A DNA stretch of 63,257 nucleotides, counting the filler. It is 14 parts of 14 records of this genome, joined end to end, with 100 filler letters (N's around TTAATTAATTAA, not from the genome) between each part and the next. Parts side by side here need not be neighbours in the genome. Positions count along the whole stretch, not along the records: positions 35,053 to 39,198 come from SRR7504441_13774; positions 39,299 to 42,978 come from SRR7504441_13777; positions 43,079 to 47,083 come from SRR7504441_13785; 11 more parts are not named here. One strand, 5' to 3'. How positions within the stretch are numbered: position 1 is the first letter of the stretch; the number at the start of each line of letters is the position of its first letter. Positions 35,300-47,183 of this stretch are shown one piece after another. Under the pieces are notes generated by a model. That model was given only the letters and a program-made list of their open reading frames with translations. It did not search any database and had not been told where the DNA came from. A program made the translations under genes and the position numbers.

Positions 35300-37885
35300 C
35301 CTCTTCTATCATGTAGCTATCAAATTCTTGTGCCAGCTCGGTCTTGTCACTGGCAGTGCAACCTAGTTAGCTGTGCAGCAGCGGTGCGGTCAAACCTGAA
35401 AAACCAGCTGACGTCAGGCGAGATCATTCTCTCTTGCCTCAACCCAGCCACAAACTCCTTCAAACGACACTTTTGAGAGGGTGGCATCTCGACCTCTCTG
35501 GTCTCTAAATTCTCAGCACCACAGCAGCACATGACAAGCACTCTGAACATGGTGTCCATCACATATATGCGATCGTCGTTCTGGTGCCCGTATAAGAGTG
35601 CCTTCCGAGACAGAAACAGCTGCTCATGGTCAAGCTGCTCGAGCGAGCTGAACGCAGACAGCCTGGGGTACAAAGCTCGAGCGAGCTGGTCTGGAGGCAT
35701 CGCCCGGAACAGCCATTGGGCCGCAACTCTCCGGTCAGGGTTCACCTTTGGCGAAAGCAGCGGAGATACCAATAAAGAGTAGACGAATCTTGGGATTTGG
35801 AGCGAATTAAGCACTTCGACACTTGGAAAGTGTTTGGCTCTATTAAAGCTTTGGAACTGGGCTGTGAGGATAACTAGCCAGTCCTGGCCACACAGTGGTC
35901 AAGGTCAATTGATAAGTGTTCCAACCTGAAGCAGAAGCTGGGCATCCTCGATGCCCTCTTCTATGGAGGCTGCAATAATCTGTACACATAGAAAATGTGG
36001 GCCCACCAGCATGGCAGCATGGTACCTTATGTACTAGCAGAGACAGCACCACCGGCATGTCAGCTGTATCACAAATCTCCCGTATTGACCTGCCACTAGC
36101 AATTGTACACATCCTCAAGAGGCGTCACCGTGAAACTTTCTGCTGCATCGTGCTGATTCTCTGAAACCGGCGGAGTTTGCCCTCGTGCAGTCGTGTAAAC
36201 GCGAAAGCCACTTGAACTATTCCCTTCTGCTCTGCAGCGCTGCCCCCGGGCTCGAGTCCAAGCAGGCTGGGTGGCAGTTACTGCTTAAACTGCGCCAAAT
36301 TGCTGAACTCAAAGTCAAACCCAAACGTCCGTTGCTCGTCCACTAGGTTGATGTGGTACAGGTTGTCGTACTCACTGCCCAGCGCTCACAGACGGTAGCA
36401 CAGACAAGTGCTCACAGATCTGACATCAAGGTGCCGTACGCCCGGGCCACTTGTATTGCTTCAGAGCACCTCAAGCGCAACATTCCGCGGTAGACCACCG
36501 GTGTGCACATGAGCTTATATCTACCACCCGATCTGGCCCGCGGGATCGGGCTGCTTACATGTCGTCTGTGATGCGCGCGGCTTGAGGGTCTTCGTAAAGC
36601 ATCAGCGTTCCACCAGTCGGCTCGACCATCCCTCTGAGAGCACATCTTGTCACCGGGCCATAGCCCGCTAGCTACCTCAGTGCTGCGAGTGCACAATAGG
36701 CGGCTGAGCCTGCCAAAAGGTCGAACGCAAGCCCCTCAGCCGCAGCCTCGCTCCCCTGGGCCCGAGATAACTGCCGGGCAGCTCGGAGCCCACCAGTCGA
36801 TGATAGAACATGTCCTGCGGCTGCAGCTCGTTATCCGCATCGCACTTAGTGTCCAGAGCCCCGACCCCAAAGTTTGGCAACCCAGCTAGAAAGCACGACA
36901 CGCGGGCTGCACCAGCCTGTCACCCGTGGCCACGGTCTGAGGCTTCACCAGATGAAAGCGCCGGCTCGTTGACAAAGAACTGCGAAACTGCATACAAGGC
37001 GGCACCGAACCCGCGTCGCGGGCAGTTCGGTTCGTTGGGGAGGCCGCAGTCGGGCTCAAGGCAGTCGATTGCGTCCCGGATCGCCGTGCGGTGCGACGAG
37101 AGCTCGGCGAGCATGGCAGTCAGCCCGAGCACCTATCAGCAGCGTCGGCGCACTGGGGCGCAAGCCGGACCTCGGAGAGCTCGATCTGCGGTGCCGAATC
37201 GGCCGGGATGCTGATAGTCTTGACGTGTGGGAAATCGCTCCTCAGATCAAAGGCCCCAATCCGGTCAGAAAAGGTGAGCAACCCAACATACGCAGTGTCC
37301 GGCATCGAGTCGATCGCCGCGAGCAGCCCGGCCTGCTCCGGGGGTGGGCTGGGCCGGCAGGCGGGCACCTTGACCATCTCCAGGAACTGGCCCTCACCGC
37401 TGGTGTCCACCAGCAGCATGTGCACCGGCTGCTCCTGAGCCCATTCCTCGCCTGCCACAGCTCGGACAACCCCACAAAACTCCGGCCACCGCCCAGCAGC
37501 AGCTCCAGCGACGGGGCAGCCAGCTCCGGCAGCTCCCGCCGGAGCATCGGTGTGGCGTATCGGGCGCTGATCGGGTTGTAGTGGTTGCAGAAGCAGCAGC
37601 GCCACCGGCGCCGATCGAACAGCACGTACGGGTTTATGTACCTTGCCCCCAGCTTGCTGGGCCGGCTGGCTAGCACCCACCCGAAGCACTGCTCGCACCG
37701 GCCCAGTTCGCTGAGCGCCAGCGCCACCGACCGCTGGCCGGGCGCGAGCGGGGCCGCAGGCTGCACCGAGGCTCCGAACGGCAGTCCAGCGTTCTCTTTG
37801 ACGCCTGCGTCCTGCGGCAGCGCCTGCCCGCGACCTGAGTGCCGCCCCCCCCCCGGGAACCGACCGAGCAGAATCGCACTTTCAT
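35300..37885 (-). CDS. Sec23/Sec24-family COPII coat protein (atypical, plant SEC23D-like), multi-intron; 3' end approximate
   Basis: MKVRF...LPFGASVQP. Zn finger RCEQC..YINPY.....WRCCFCNHYN. vWA trunk HMLLVDTS...VGLLTFSD, RGFGAAL, LAGLPNFG.G. C-terminal LYPRL...IYVMDT and RQER...P. Confidence 0.85.
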
Positions 37886-37964
37886 GCTGATCGCGCACCT
37901 GAGGCACCAAAAGTCGTTGGACGCTAGATCTAACGGCAGGCAGCTTGCGGTGGGCGGTGGCGAG

Positions 37965-38549
37965 ATGTTCGAAGAGGAGTCGGACTCGTGGGAACTGGGC
38001 GTGCTGGGTGGGGCGCTGCTCAACCGGCTGGAGCCGCTCAGGGCGGCGCTGCAGCTCGAGCAGGCGGATCCATCCGCCAGGGTGGAGCGGGCCGGCACCG
38101 GCGGCCTGGCCGCCCGGTACGCCCGGAGCCAGGCCCACCCGGAGGAGCAGGCGGCCAACGGGCTGTTCTACGGGACACTGGCGCTGCAGGCGATCGAGCG
38201 GTACTCGGACCCGTCGCTGCACGCGGCGGTCTGGTGCGACAGCGACCCGGGCGAGTGCCTGCTCGGGCCGGGCGAGTGCGCGCTGGAGATGGCGCTCAGC
38301 CGGGAGCACGAGGAGGCGGCCTGGCTGCTGGTGAGCGCCGGGGCCGACACAGCAAAGCCGGGGCTCTCGGACTGCCAGTTGTACCGGCGAATGGTGCACC
38401 GCAAGCGGATGACGCTGATGCTCTGCCTAGACAAGGTACGCCGTGGGGAGGCAGCTGTGGCCAGCCAGGGCCCAGCGTTCATACACTGGTTGGCCAAGAT
38501 GCCGCCAAGCCTGTCCGAGCTTATAGTGCAGCAGATGACGGTGTTATGA
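37965..38549 (+). CDS. Hypothetical protein with one ankyrin-like repeat
   Basis: CALEMAL...HEEAAWLLVSAGAD resembles the ankyrin consensus. Start placed at MFEEE. Confidence 0.45.
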   Translation: MFEEESDSWELGVLGGALLNRLEPLRAALQLEQADPSARVERAGTGGLAARYARSQAHPEEQAANGLFYGTLALQAIERYSDPSLHAAVWCDSDPGECLLGPGECALEMALSREHEEAAWLLVSAGADTAKPGLSDCQLYRRMVHRKRMTLMLCLDKVRRGEAAVASQGPAFIHWLAKMPPSLSELIVQQMTVL

Positions 38550-38766
38550 TATACAAAGAGTGCGGTCAGATCGGCGACATTTAACACTTACTCGCACACC
38601 ACACTCGAATTACGCTAGTCCGACTATCGTGTGGCGTACACGTGTAATGCCGAAGCAGGGCGCAGGGCACGCGGCGGCTCAGCGCACGGACGGATCGACC
38701 CAAGCGAACCGTATCGCCAGCGTATCGCCAGCGTACGAGTATATCCTTATTGCTCCGAGTAGTTGT

Positions 38767-39188
38767 TTATCCAAAGTACTTTTGCAACCCGGCTGCGATC
38801 TCCTCCTGGGCCTGCTGCTGCTGCTGCTGAGCCTCCATCTGCGCCTGCTGCTCGAGCTGGAAGTCTTGAAGCTTCTTAACCACCTGCAACCGCCGCTGCC
38901 CTCCTGGCCCCAGCCCGCGCACCTTCTTTTGGGTGTTGGAGTACTTGAATACGCATCGGTCCAAGCAGCTCATCTCGCCCACGTGCAGATCGGCCTGCAG
39001 CGCAGCCTGAGCCGGTCGGGCCGGCCGGGCACCTCGCTGAAGTCGGTGACGCATTTCTTGAAGCACGACTCCATCATCCGGCCCATCGCGTCGGCCATCA
39101 TCCTCATCTCCATCCCCATCGCCGCCGCCTCCATCGCCTTCTCCTGCTCGCTCTTCTGCTTCCGCCCGAACAGCCCGCTCGCCGCCAT
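38767..39188 (-). CDS. TIM10: Small Tim mitochondrial intermembrane-space chaperone (Tim10-like), 2 introns
   Basis: Spliced: EMRMMADAMGRMMESCFKKCVTDFSEADLHVGEMSCLDRCVFKY (twin CX3C). Confidence 0.85.
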
Positions 39189-39446
39189 CGGCCCGCGCNN
39201 NNNNNNNNNNNNNNNNNNNNNNNNNNNNNNNNNNNNNNNNNNTTAATTAATTAANNNNNNNNNNNNNNNNNNNNNNNNNNNNNNNNNNNNNNNNNNNNCC
39301 CCCCCCCCCCCCCCGGCCGCCGCCCACCGTCATCATCTCGTTGGTCACCTCCAGCTCGGTGAGCACCCGCGCTCGCGACTCCTCCCGCGCCGTCGGGGAC
39401 GTCACCGAATGAGGCAATCAAGCCGCCGCCTCGAGAAAAAATAGAA

Positions 39447-40058
39447 ATGGAAAAACTAGAGAAGCTTCGCGGCGATCTGAAGAAGGCGTTAGCTGCCAAC
39501 AAGGAGGAACGCCAGCAGCGAATGAACAAGATTGCAAAGCTTCAAGGGAGGAACAAGCAGGAGATCAAGGAGGCAAGCAAGCGTGTCAATCAGAAGGACG
39601 CAGAGACCGAATATGATCAGTACCTGAAGCGCTCGACGTTGTCTGCCATCAAAATGATGCAGAACGCCACCTCACGCAACAAATTCCTAAATTCGTGTGA
39701 GATGCAGGTTAATTGCCGTGCCCTCGGCACAGCAGAAAAGGGGACCTGCAACTCAAAGACTTTGACGACCCTTGTCAGGCCAGCTTCGCAGTCAATGCCA
39801 CAAAGCCAGGCTGACCTTGCAGAATGTACAGTGGAAAAACAGGTTAGCTGCCGAACTGCATGTCGGCTCAAACTGGACGGACAAATTTGCCAAAAAGGAG
39901 ATCCCACATGCAAGTCCATGCGCTCGTGGTCTTATAACGAGTTCCAAGCCATGCAGAGCGAAATTAGCAAGAGGTCGAGTTTCGATCTCGAGGGCCTCGA
40001 CTGCGACAGCGCACGATGCGCGCCGGAGATGTGTCAGACCATAGCGATGTCTTTATGA
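39447..40058 (+). CDS. Hypothetical protein (coiled coil then Cys-rich region), probably 5'-truncated
   Basis: 203-aa ORF followed by an AT-rich 3' region. No family recognised. Confidence 0.4.
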   Translation: MEKLEKLRGDLKKALAANKEERQQRMNKIAKLQGRNKQEIKEASKRVNQKDAETEYDQYLKRSTLSAIKMMQNATSRNKFLNSCEMQVNCRALGTAEKGTCNSKTLTTLVRPASQSMPQSQADLAECTVEKQVSCRTACRLKLDGQICQKGDPTCKSMRSWSYNEFQAMQSEISKRSSFDLEGLDCDSARCAPEMCQTIAMSL

Positions 40059-40443
40059 TTTGCGGAGATGGTGCCAATATAGATGCTTTCACCAAGATTA
40101 GTTGCAACGGCCTCTAGTTCGACGTGTTGATTAGTGTCTCGAGAGACTTGTAATTATCAACACGTTCCATAGTAGTTCCAAATATAAACCTTGCCGTCTC
40201 AAACATGTCTATAACAATTACATGTCTAGATCCAGCGCTGTACATGTGCATGCGGTAAAATTAATGTATGCCATGTTGATGCCATGCGGGACCAATGGAT
40301 TTGAATCAGGTAGCTATAATAAGCTATAGATGCCGACAAAAGCCTGAGCAAAAGATAATTATAATTCTACGGTGTAGTAGAAGTTTTGGCTGTTTTGAAT
40401 TACTTGTATCATGCGCATTATAGTTGTGTGGATGGTATTGCTC

Positions 40444-42978
40444 TCACTGGAGGATGAAGTTCAATGGCCCGTATGAGGTATCTAGGTCACTGCCGTTGGT
40501 TTGCTCTACCCAGTCGTGAGGGCCATCGGCCCTCATCACCTTGCCAGCAACAAGCGACATTCCAGCTGCCACGCCATGCTGCTCCCGAGGATAAAAGGGC
40601 GGCAGAGAGTAAGTCATCAATGTGTCGCCATCACGGTAGTTGCCGTAATCGGCTCCCGTTGCAGACTTGGTCATTGCTACAAAACTCTCTCCGGCCATCT
40701 CCTGACTCACGAGGTAGTAGCGCCTGCCGCTCTTGAGCTGTATTGGCGAAGCTAGCGTGTCCGAGTAGCAGAAGCCCAACACATCGGCAGCGCAGTTCAT
40801 ATCTACGGTCGTATTGGCAAGCCACTGAGAGACAGTGGTGTCCATGATCCCGATTGTGTGCACCATTGCATTTGCAGCCGTCTTGAACCGGCCAAGTCGA
40901 GTGACTACGAGCGGGGGTCCCGAATAACGCCCGTTTGACAAGTCGAGAATCATCCCAGCAAGGCCGGTGAAATTACTGATGTGCTGCTCGGAAGCAAGCA
41001 AGTCGAAAAGGAACGAGCCTGGTACAGAGGTGTGCTCATGATGCACAGACAGATTCAATTTGGAGAAGGACGCTGTGTTCCAAGCAGTACCAAAGCCTGC
41101 AACTCCTGACGACAAAGTTGTCACCTCTGTAGCAAGTGACAGGCCGTTGACGCTGGCTTGGACAGTTGCCTCACTGAATGTCAATTCGAGGGTGTCCCAA
41201 TGGTCGGCTGCTTTGGCTACAGTCCCATTGGCAAGAGTCCTGAACGAGTGGCATCCAACTGCAGAGTATTGATTGTGGGCCTCGGTGAGCCGCCACTGGA
41301 AGGATTCGCCGCTTGTGCCTATCAGCGTGAGGCAGACTCCAAGCGAGAAGTCCTTGGGTTGGCAGGCACTCGGACTCCAAATGGGCATCCGTCCACACAG
41401 TGATACAGCCGTTGGGCCGGGTCCTTGCTCGGGCTGCTGCATCTGTGCATCGACTCTCACCATGTAATTGGCGAGATTGGAACCGCTGGGGAGAGTGGCA
41501 ATCGGCCAACCATTGGTTCGATGGGTCCAGGCGTTGCCTCCAGGGTTGGTTGGCGCCGCCTGGCGGCAGACACGCCCGCGAACCGGGTCGTTGGCCACCT
41601 CGAACGCCCCATAGATGGAATTGGCACTGAGGCACGGTTCGTCGAGCGGCTGTTTATCCCAAGCCGGTGCATGCGGGAGAGGGAACCGGACACGCTGAGG
41701 GACAGCCGTATTGGCCCAGCCACCCCGCTGTGCACGATTGCTGATCGTGCTAACAGATGCAGGTGGCAAAACCAGCCTCAAGACCCCGCTGGCTGGCACA
41801 ACGACTGCAGGCTGGCTTGCAAAATACTGGGTTTCCACTGTCACAAAATGTTGGAGGGGCTTGCCGCGAAACTGCTGGAACGCTCCTGTCAGTGTAACGT
41901 TCAATGTGAGGGCCCGGTCTGCTGTGCTCACAACGATCAGCGAAAACTCCGACATGTCAGGAGAAGCGAGCGACGCCCAAGTCAGATCACAAACTGGCAT
42001 ACCAGCCGGGTTGGTGGTGCCGTTGCACTGATAACTCCCAACTCCATCCACAATAAACTTCCAGCCTATCTCTGTAAACTGTGTGAATTGAGCTTGTGTG
42101 AAGAACGGCGCCCCGAGCTGGTAGAATCCCGACCAGGGATCGTTGAACCAGGCCGGGCCGTGGTTATGCCTCCCGAGATTCATTGACCACCCATGAAATG
42201 CCGGACACAGCATTGTGGCTGTACCGTTGGCTAGACGGAAGTTGTTGATGAATGCCAATGGCCAGTTGAGTGCGGGCTGCATTGTCTTACCCCACTGTGG
42301 CATCGCACCGTCTACAAGATCGTTCTCGGTGTTGAATAGAGGCTTGCTGCCTGACCATTTAGCGATCTCCGGCACAGCCTGGAGAACGTGGGTGTGGATC
42401 CCAAATGAACCAATCGCGTCGGCAAGCTGCTTTGATTTGGCCGCAGCAACAATCACATCCGGTCCCCCATCGGCGGCTGTGATCTGAACGTCGCGCAGGC
42501 CTGCCGCATCCAGAGACTTGCGGAGCATTAGGATATACTCGGACGACCACGGCGCTTCGTTCCAGATCCCAATCCAGTCGAAAGAAATATTGTGAACTCG
42601 CCGGGCTCCTAGTAGGTACTGCACATGGTAATCGACCCCGCCCTGACTGAGCGTGTGTCCACCACCGACCCACGCGGGCATTCCCCAGCTGAGTGCCATC
42701 AAAGGGAGTGCCGGGTTCCGCTTTCTTGCCTCCTTGATCAGCCACCATTGGTCGCCTCGGTCAAACCGCCAGGTCGTGTTGTCCTGCACATGCGCGTACG
42801 AGGCCATCGAGCCGTATGAGCTCTCCACGTCGCCCCCGATCTCCACCTTGAGCCCTTGCCATCGGGTGCCGGAGGCCGGCGAGAACATTAAGTCCATGAT
42901 CTCCGAACGCACAGGCTCCGGATACTCAAAGAGTAACCGAGCGGCCCCGTTGGCGCTCATCGCCCACACCCCCTGATA
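40444..42978 (-). CDS. GH59 galactocerebrosidase-like glycoside hydrolase with C-terminal beta-sandwich (DUF4082-like) extension; 5'-truncated, intronless
   Basis: RLLFEYPEP.RSEIMD.MF, LKVEIGGD, RG.QWWLIKEARKRNP...L..L.WG.P.W, IGIWNE (acid/base), P.FNTE (nucleophile), PWSG.Y, TQFT..GW. Confidence 0.9.
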   Translation of the reverse strand, partial: YQGVWAMSANGAARLLFEYPEPVRSEIMDLMFSPASGTRWQGLKVEIGGDVESSYGSMASYAHVQDNTTWRFDRGDQWWLIKEARKRNPALPLMALSWGMPAWVGGGHTLSQGGVDYHVQYLLGARRVHNISFDWIGIWNEAPWSSEYILMLRKSLDAAGLRDVQITAADGGPDVIVAAAKSKQLADAIGSFGIHTHVLQAVPEIAKWSGSKPLFNTENDLVDGAMPQWGKTMQPALNWPLAFINNFRLANGTATMLCPAFHGWSMNLGRHNHGPAWFNDPWSGFYQLGAPFFTQAQFTQFTEIGWKFIVDGVGSYQCNGTTNPAGMPVCDLTWASLASPDMSEFSLIVVSTADRALTLNVTLTGAFQQFRGKPLQHFVTVETQYFASQPAVVVPASGVLRLVLPPASVSTISNRAQRGGWANTAVPQRVRFPLPHAPAWDKQPLDEPCLSANSIYGAFEVANDPVRGRVCRQAAPTNPGGNAWTHRTNGWPIATLPSGSNLANYMVRVDAQMQQPEQGPGPTAVSLCGRMPIWSPSACQPKDFSLGVCLTLIGTSGESFQWRLTEAHNQYSAVGCHSFRTLANGTVAKAADHWDTLELTFSEATVQASVNGLSLATEVTTLSSGVAGFGTAWNTASFSKLNLSVHHEHTSVPGSFLFDLLASEQHISNFTGLAGMILDLSNGRYSGPPLVVTRLGRFKTAANAMVHTIGIMDTTVSQWLANTTVDMNCAADVLGFCYSDTLASPIQLKSGRRYYLVSQEMAGESFVAMTKSATGADYGNYRDGDTLMTYSLPPFYPREQHGVAAGMSLVAGKVMRADGPHDWVEQTNGSDLDTSYGPLNFILQ

Positions 42979-43420
42979 NNNNNNNNNNNNNNNNNNNNNN
43001 NNNNNNNNNNNNNNNNNNNNNNTTAATTAATTAANNNNNNNNNNNNNNNNNNNNNNNNNNNNNNNNNNNNNNNNNNNNGTCGAGTTTGGGGCCCCTGATC
43101 TCAAAGAGATACATCTTTCACGACGCAGGCTTTCAAAACAGCTTCGCTTTGGACCAATTTACAGCCCAGATTTTCCCTACAGTGTCATCACCGAGGAAGA
43201 CGACTTCATAGCATATTAATCAAGCTTGTCTCTGCGTACTAAACAAGTGATCACGGTAATATACGAGAGAATCGAGATCCGTGTTTCTAAAGACCGTATA
43301 CGTACGCTTTTAATTACAAGTAATTATTTCCAACTAATCTCTTTATCTTACTATATAGCTTTGACTCACTGCCGGTCACTATCTCGTCGCACTTGCAGTA
43401 TACTTAAGCTTGCCATGCGT

Positions 43421-46307
43421 CTATAAATGAACCGATGAAACAGTCTTGTCATTGAAACCTACTTGAAAACAAAGAAACATTCTTGAAAAGTTACTCGAGC
43501 CGCGTATTTTGCCACTAATCTGCACATGAGCATCGAAGGTTATTGCAACCCTGACACACAGTTTCGACAATGGTTTGCCAAGAGCTCGTGAACTGATCAA
43601 TCCACATGAGCTTCTCCTCTTCGTCTTTGGCTTTGAACACAAACAAGCCTTGGAAGGCTGTCATGACACAAAATACTCCGCTCGAGTAAGTCTTCAACAC
43701 TGTTTTCTCATCCTCACGTGGCTTCCTCAATAAACGCCTGACTAAATACCGCATCGAGGATATTTGCTTAGGCTGTCGACCGCCCTTGCGGTATCTTGGA
43801 TTGTTCACTGAGATTTGAATTGGTTCACACATCAACGCCAAGTCACTCATTAGCACCAGATGGCACGGCTCCGTTAGCTTGTGTCCGATCCATTCACAGC
43901 ATCCTTGGTCCTGCTCATCCCGCTTAGGCGAACCCAACTCGGAATCACGTACGCGTCCCAGCGTGTGCAGGTCACCAACAAAGTGCACACACCGCTCTTC
44001 AGAAACGAGATACTCTGCAGGCTGATACAGAGAGTCGTGCACTTTATGCAGCTCTTTGTAGGCGTGTGAGGCTCGGTCCATCCGCTGATTCATATCACCA
44101 ATTGCTGCCATTGCGCCACTCAGCAGCTGAATGGACACATGCTCGCTAGGGGTTAGCTTATGCAACCGCTCGAGCATCCCGTGCCAATTGGTTGCAGCCT
44201 GGAGCACACCGAATAAATAAAAATCAATCGGTTTGAGCTGGTTCTCCGACTTGACCTTCCATAGAAAATCTTTCATCTTTGTGCCATCTACGGCTTTTGC
44301 TAGACTCTTATCCTTCAAAAGCCTCATCACAAATGCCAAGCGATTCATGTACTTGACTAGTGCCTCGTATGAGCTCTGCGCCACCTCTTCGTAGAATCTA
44401 CTTATTGCCGCGATTCTGCACTGTGGCGAATCTGACTCCAGCTGCAACTTGAGTGGCCCTACGCCCTTGCTGTGTGCCTCATGCAACTGGACGACCGCCG
44501 TTTCAAAAAGGGCAAATTCATTCAATATCCAGCCGTTGGGATCGGAGTCGGAGCCCGCGCCCCAACCCCCACCACTGAGATACCTTTGTCTGATTGGCAC
44601 CAGGAAGCTGTAAGCTAAAGTGTGCAGGTCGGCTGGGAACCTCTCGGCCTCCTGCAACATCTCACCAATCACGTGCTCCTGCGTCACCATGCTCTTGATC
44701 CTCTTCTGAAGACCAGAGCCGCTCGATATGAGCGCTTTGACTGCGTGTCGCAGCCGCCAGAGCCGTGTCCAGCGTCGGATCATTGTGAGCGCCTTGAGCC
44801 TCTTATCGCCCATGATCCGACTGAGCTCATCTACCTTATCTTCAGCATCGTTCCCTGATGCCTCAGCGTGGCTCAGCTGTTGTTGGATCTGGTGGATACT
44901 CTTCAGGAACCCGCTGGCCATCTGCGTCTTGGTCTTCCGGTGTGCCTCGATGAGCAGCTGGATCAGTTCAGTAGAAGTGTCCGCGTCGCGTACTCCCCGT
45001 TCGAATGCTCGTACCTCCTCTAACGAAACGCTACCCAGCAGAGTCTCCAATTCAGCGCCTTTAAACCACCGTCCGTCGCCATACCCAATCGACCCATCTG
45101 CTTGCCTCTCGTCACCCGGAACCAGATCCCGGACTGGTATAGTCCAGAGCCCGGACTGAACCATCTCTTTCTGATGGCTCAATTGATCCTCCTCAAACAG
45201 CTCAGCTGCGTGCTCCAGTTGTCGTACATTCTCTGTCTGCCGAAGCAGCGCCGCCTCGGCTGAACACTTGCGTGCATCTTGGTAGTTCATTTCCCAGGCC
45301 CGGATCAGAAGATTCAGCCGACGAGTCTCCAAACGGTAGGCACACCGCACTAAAACCCTCGCCCTCTGTGACTGGCCGTCAGTCCGTCTGTGGTCCTCCA
45401 GCACGTTTGCTCCCCAGATCCGGAGCAGCTGGTTGATCCTGCGGGTCTCGAGCCGCCATGCGCACCTCACCAGCACCCTAGCCTTCTGCGCCCGGCTCAG
45501 CTCCGCATGCCGTTGAGCTTTGGCCTTTTTGCGGGCCAACTTACCCTTCACTTGCTCCAGCTCCTGCTCCAGCTCGGCACAGCGGCTGTCTTGCTCCAGC
45601 GACGGGGTCATCATCTCGGCGCACCGTATCATCAGATCGGCCTTCTCGTCCGCCAGCTCCGCATTCTGGCTTTCAAGCAGATCCACCTCAGCCAGGAGCT
45701 CACAGATCCTTGAATTCGCTGACGCCACAGCGCAGTCCCGGGCCTCCAACTGCTGGAGCAGCCCCGCAAGCTGGGCGGACAGTGCCTCCACGCCGGGCCC
45801 CGCCGGTGCCGCCGCTGGTCGATTCTTGGTCAGGTCGGCCGCCTCAGCTGCGGGAACGCCGTTCGGCGGCATCTCCACCGCTGGCTGAGGCTCGGCGGCT
45901 GCGGCCCCCTGTTCCATCAGGCGGCGGGGCTGGGCCAGTGCCGCCCGACCGGATGGCGGCGAGCACGCCCGCCCGGCCGAGGGCTCCACGAAGAGCTGAT
46001 CTGCGCCCACCGCCAGTGGCCTAACTACGTGCCAGGCGCCGCCCTGCGGTGTGGCCAGCCAGACCCGGGAGAGGACACCCGGGACGAAATCGCCCTTGGC
46101 CTGCACCGGGCGCACTGGAACCCCGTCGGAGCGGCTGGTGCCGTCGGCGACCACCACACACTCCGGTCCGAGCCCGGCGACTCTCCCGCCATACAGCGGC
46201 TGGCCCAGCCAGTACTTGCCCGAGTCTCCCGTCCGGTAGCGCCGGTACTCGACCGGCCGGGCGGCGCTCCCGCGGGAGGCCAGCAAGGTCCGATCGAACC
46301 CCGACAT
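43421..46307 (-). CDS. Coiled-coil plus DH-PH (RhoGEF-like) protein; both ends approximate
   Basis: DH-like HVIGEMLQEAERF..DL..L...FL.P...MLERLHKLTP.EH...MNQRMD. PH-like HLVLMSDLALMC...FVFKAKDEEEKLMWIDQF. Duplicated RARVLVRCA.RLETRR.N.L.R.W unit. Confidence 0.7.
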
Positions 46308-46463
46308 CCCACCGCCCGCGCACCAGCCCGGCGCGTCGTGCAAGCCACTACACTGGTGGTCGTGCGGCCGAGCTGCGCAGTACAGTAACGGCAGCCGCGC
46401 GGCTGTTGCGATCTGCCTTGCTGCCAGTGCTGGTGTGCAGTCGTCGCCGCCTGGGACCTCGTG

Positions 46464-47083
46464 ATGGAGAGTCCGCCGCGGCGCCAGTCGGTTATCAGCA
46501 GAGAGAGCGGCCCAGTGCGGTGCCGGTGCGACCGGGACATCCACGGCCGGATCGCGCTGGCCAAGCAGCTGCGCATCGTGCTGCAGTGGAAAACGTTCGG
46601 TGCGCGGCTCCAGAGTAAATCTGGGTGCTGGAGCGGGCTCTGGCGGTGCGCCAACCTGTTGATAGACCTATTCGGGTACTATGTGCTCTACAGCCTTTAC
46701 ACGAGCTTCAAAGCCACGTGCTATACCCTCGAGTCGCCCAACAACGCCCTGTCCAATCAGTGCAAGGAGCTGCTCGGAGTGCCCCAGTGCGGGTGCTCGT
46801 ACCCCATCACTTACTACAGCGACAGCTGCGGCGGAAACTTCCCTGAGTGGGGCTCACGAGGCTGGTATTGGGCGGATTTGACCTCAGCCATGTTCCTGTC
46901 GCTGATGGCAGTGATCGTGCTAACTGAAGAGGCGGCCAGAGTGCTCTGGAAGGGAGCCTACCGCTCTGTGCTCAGGGACAATGTGCCGAACGATCCGTTC
47001 CCACTGGAGCCTCCTCACGTGGATCGTGCTGAGCTGCTTGAGCGAGGGGATTCAGCTTTTAGTGGAGCAGAGCAGCGGAGACT
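46464..47083 (+). CDS. Membrane protein, 3'-truncated, function unknown
   Basis: Two hydrophobic segments flanking a Cys-rich loop. Runs into the linker. Confidence 0.45.
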
Positions 47084-47183
47084 NNNNNNNNNNNNNNNNN
47101 NNNNNNNNNNNNNNNNNNNNNNNNNNNTTAATTAATTAANNNNNNNNNNNNNNNNNNNNNNNNNNNNNNNNNNNNNNNNNNNN

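Noticed and set aside
37883-37886. Two divergent genes sharing overlapping start codons in one CATG
   Set aside because: The plus-strand gene more plausibly starts at 37965; nothing supports the upstream ATG.
1730-42978. GH54, GH67 and GH59 as a polysaccharide-utilisation cluster
   Set aside because: They lie on different contigs; their proximity is a concatenation artefact.
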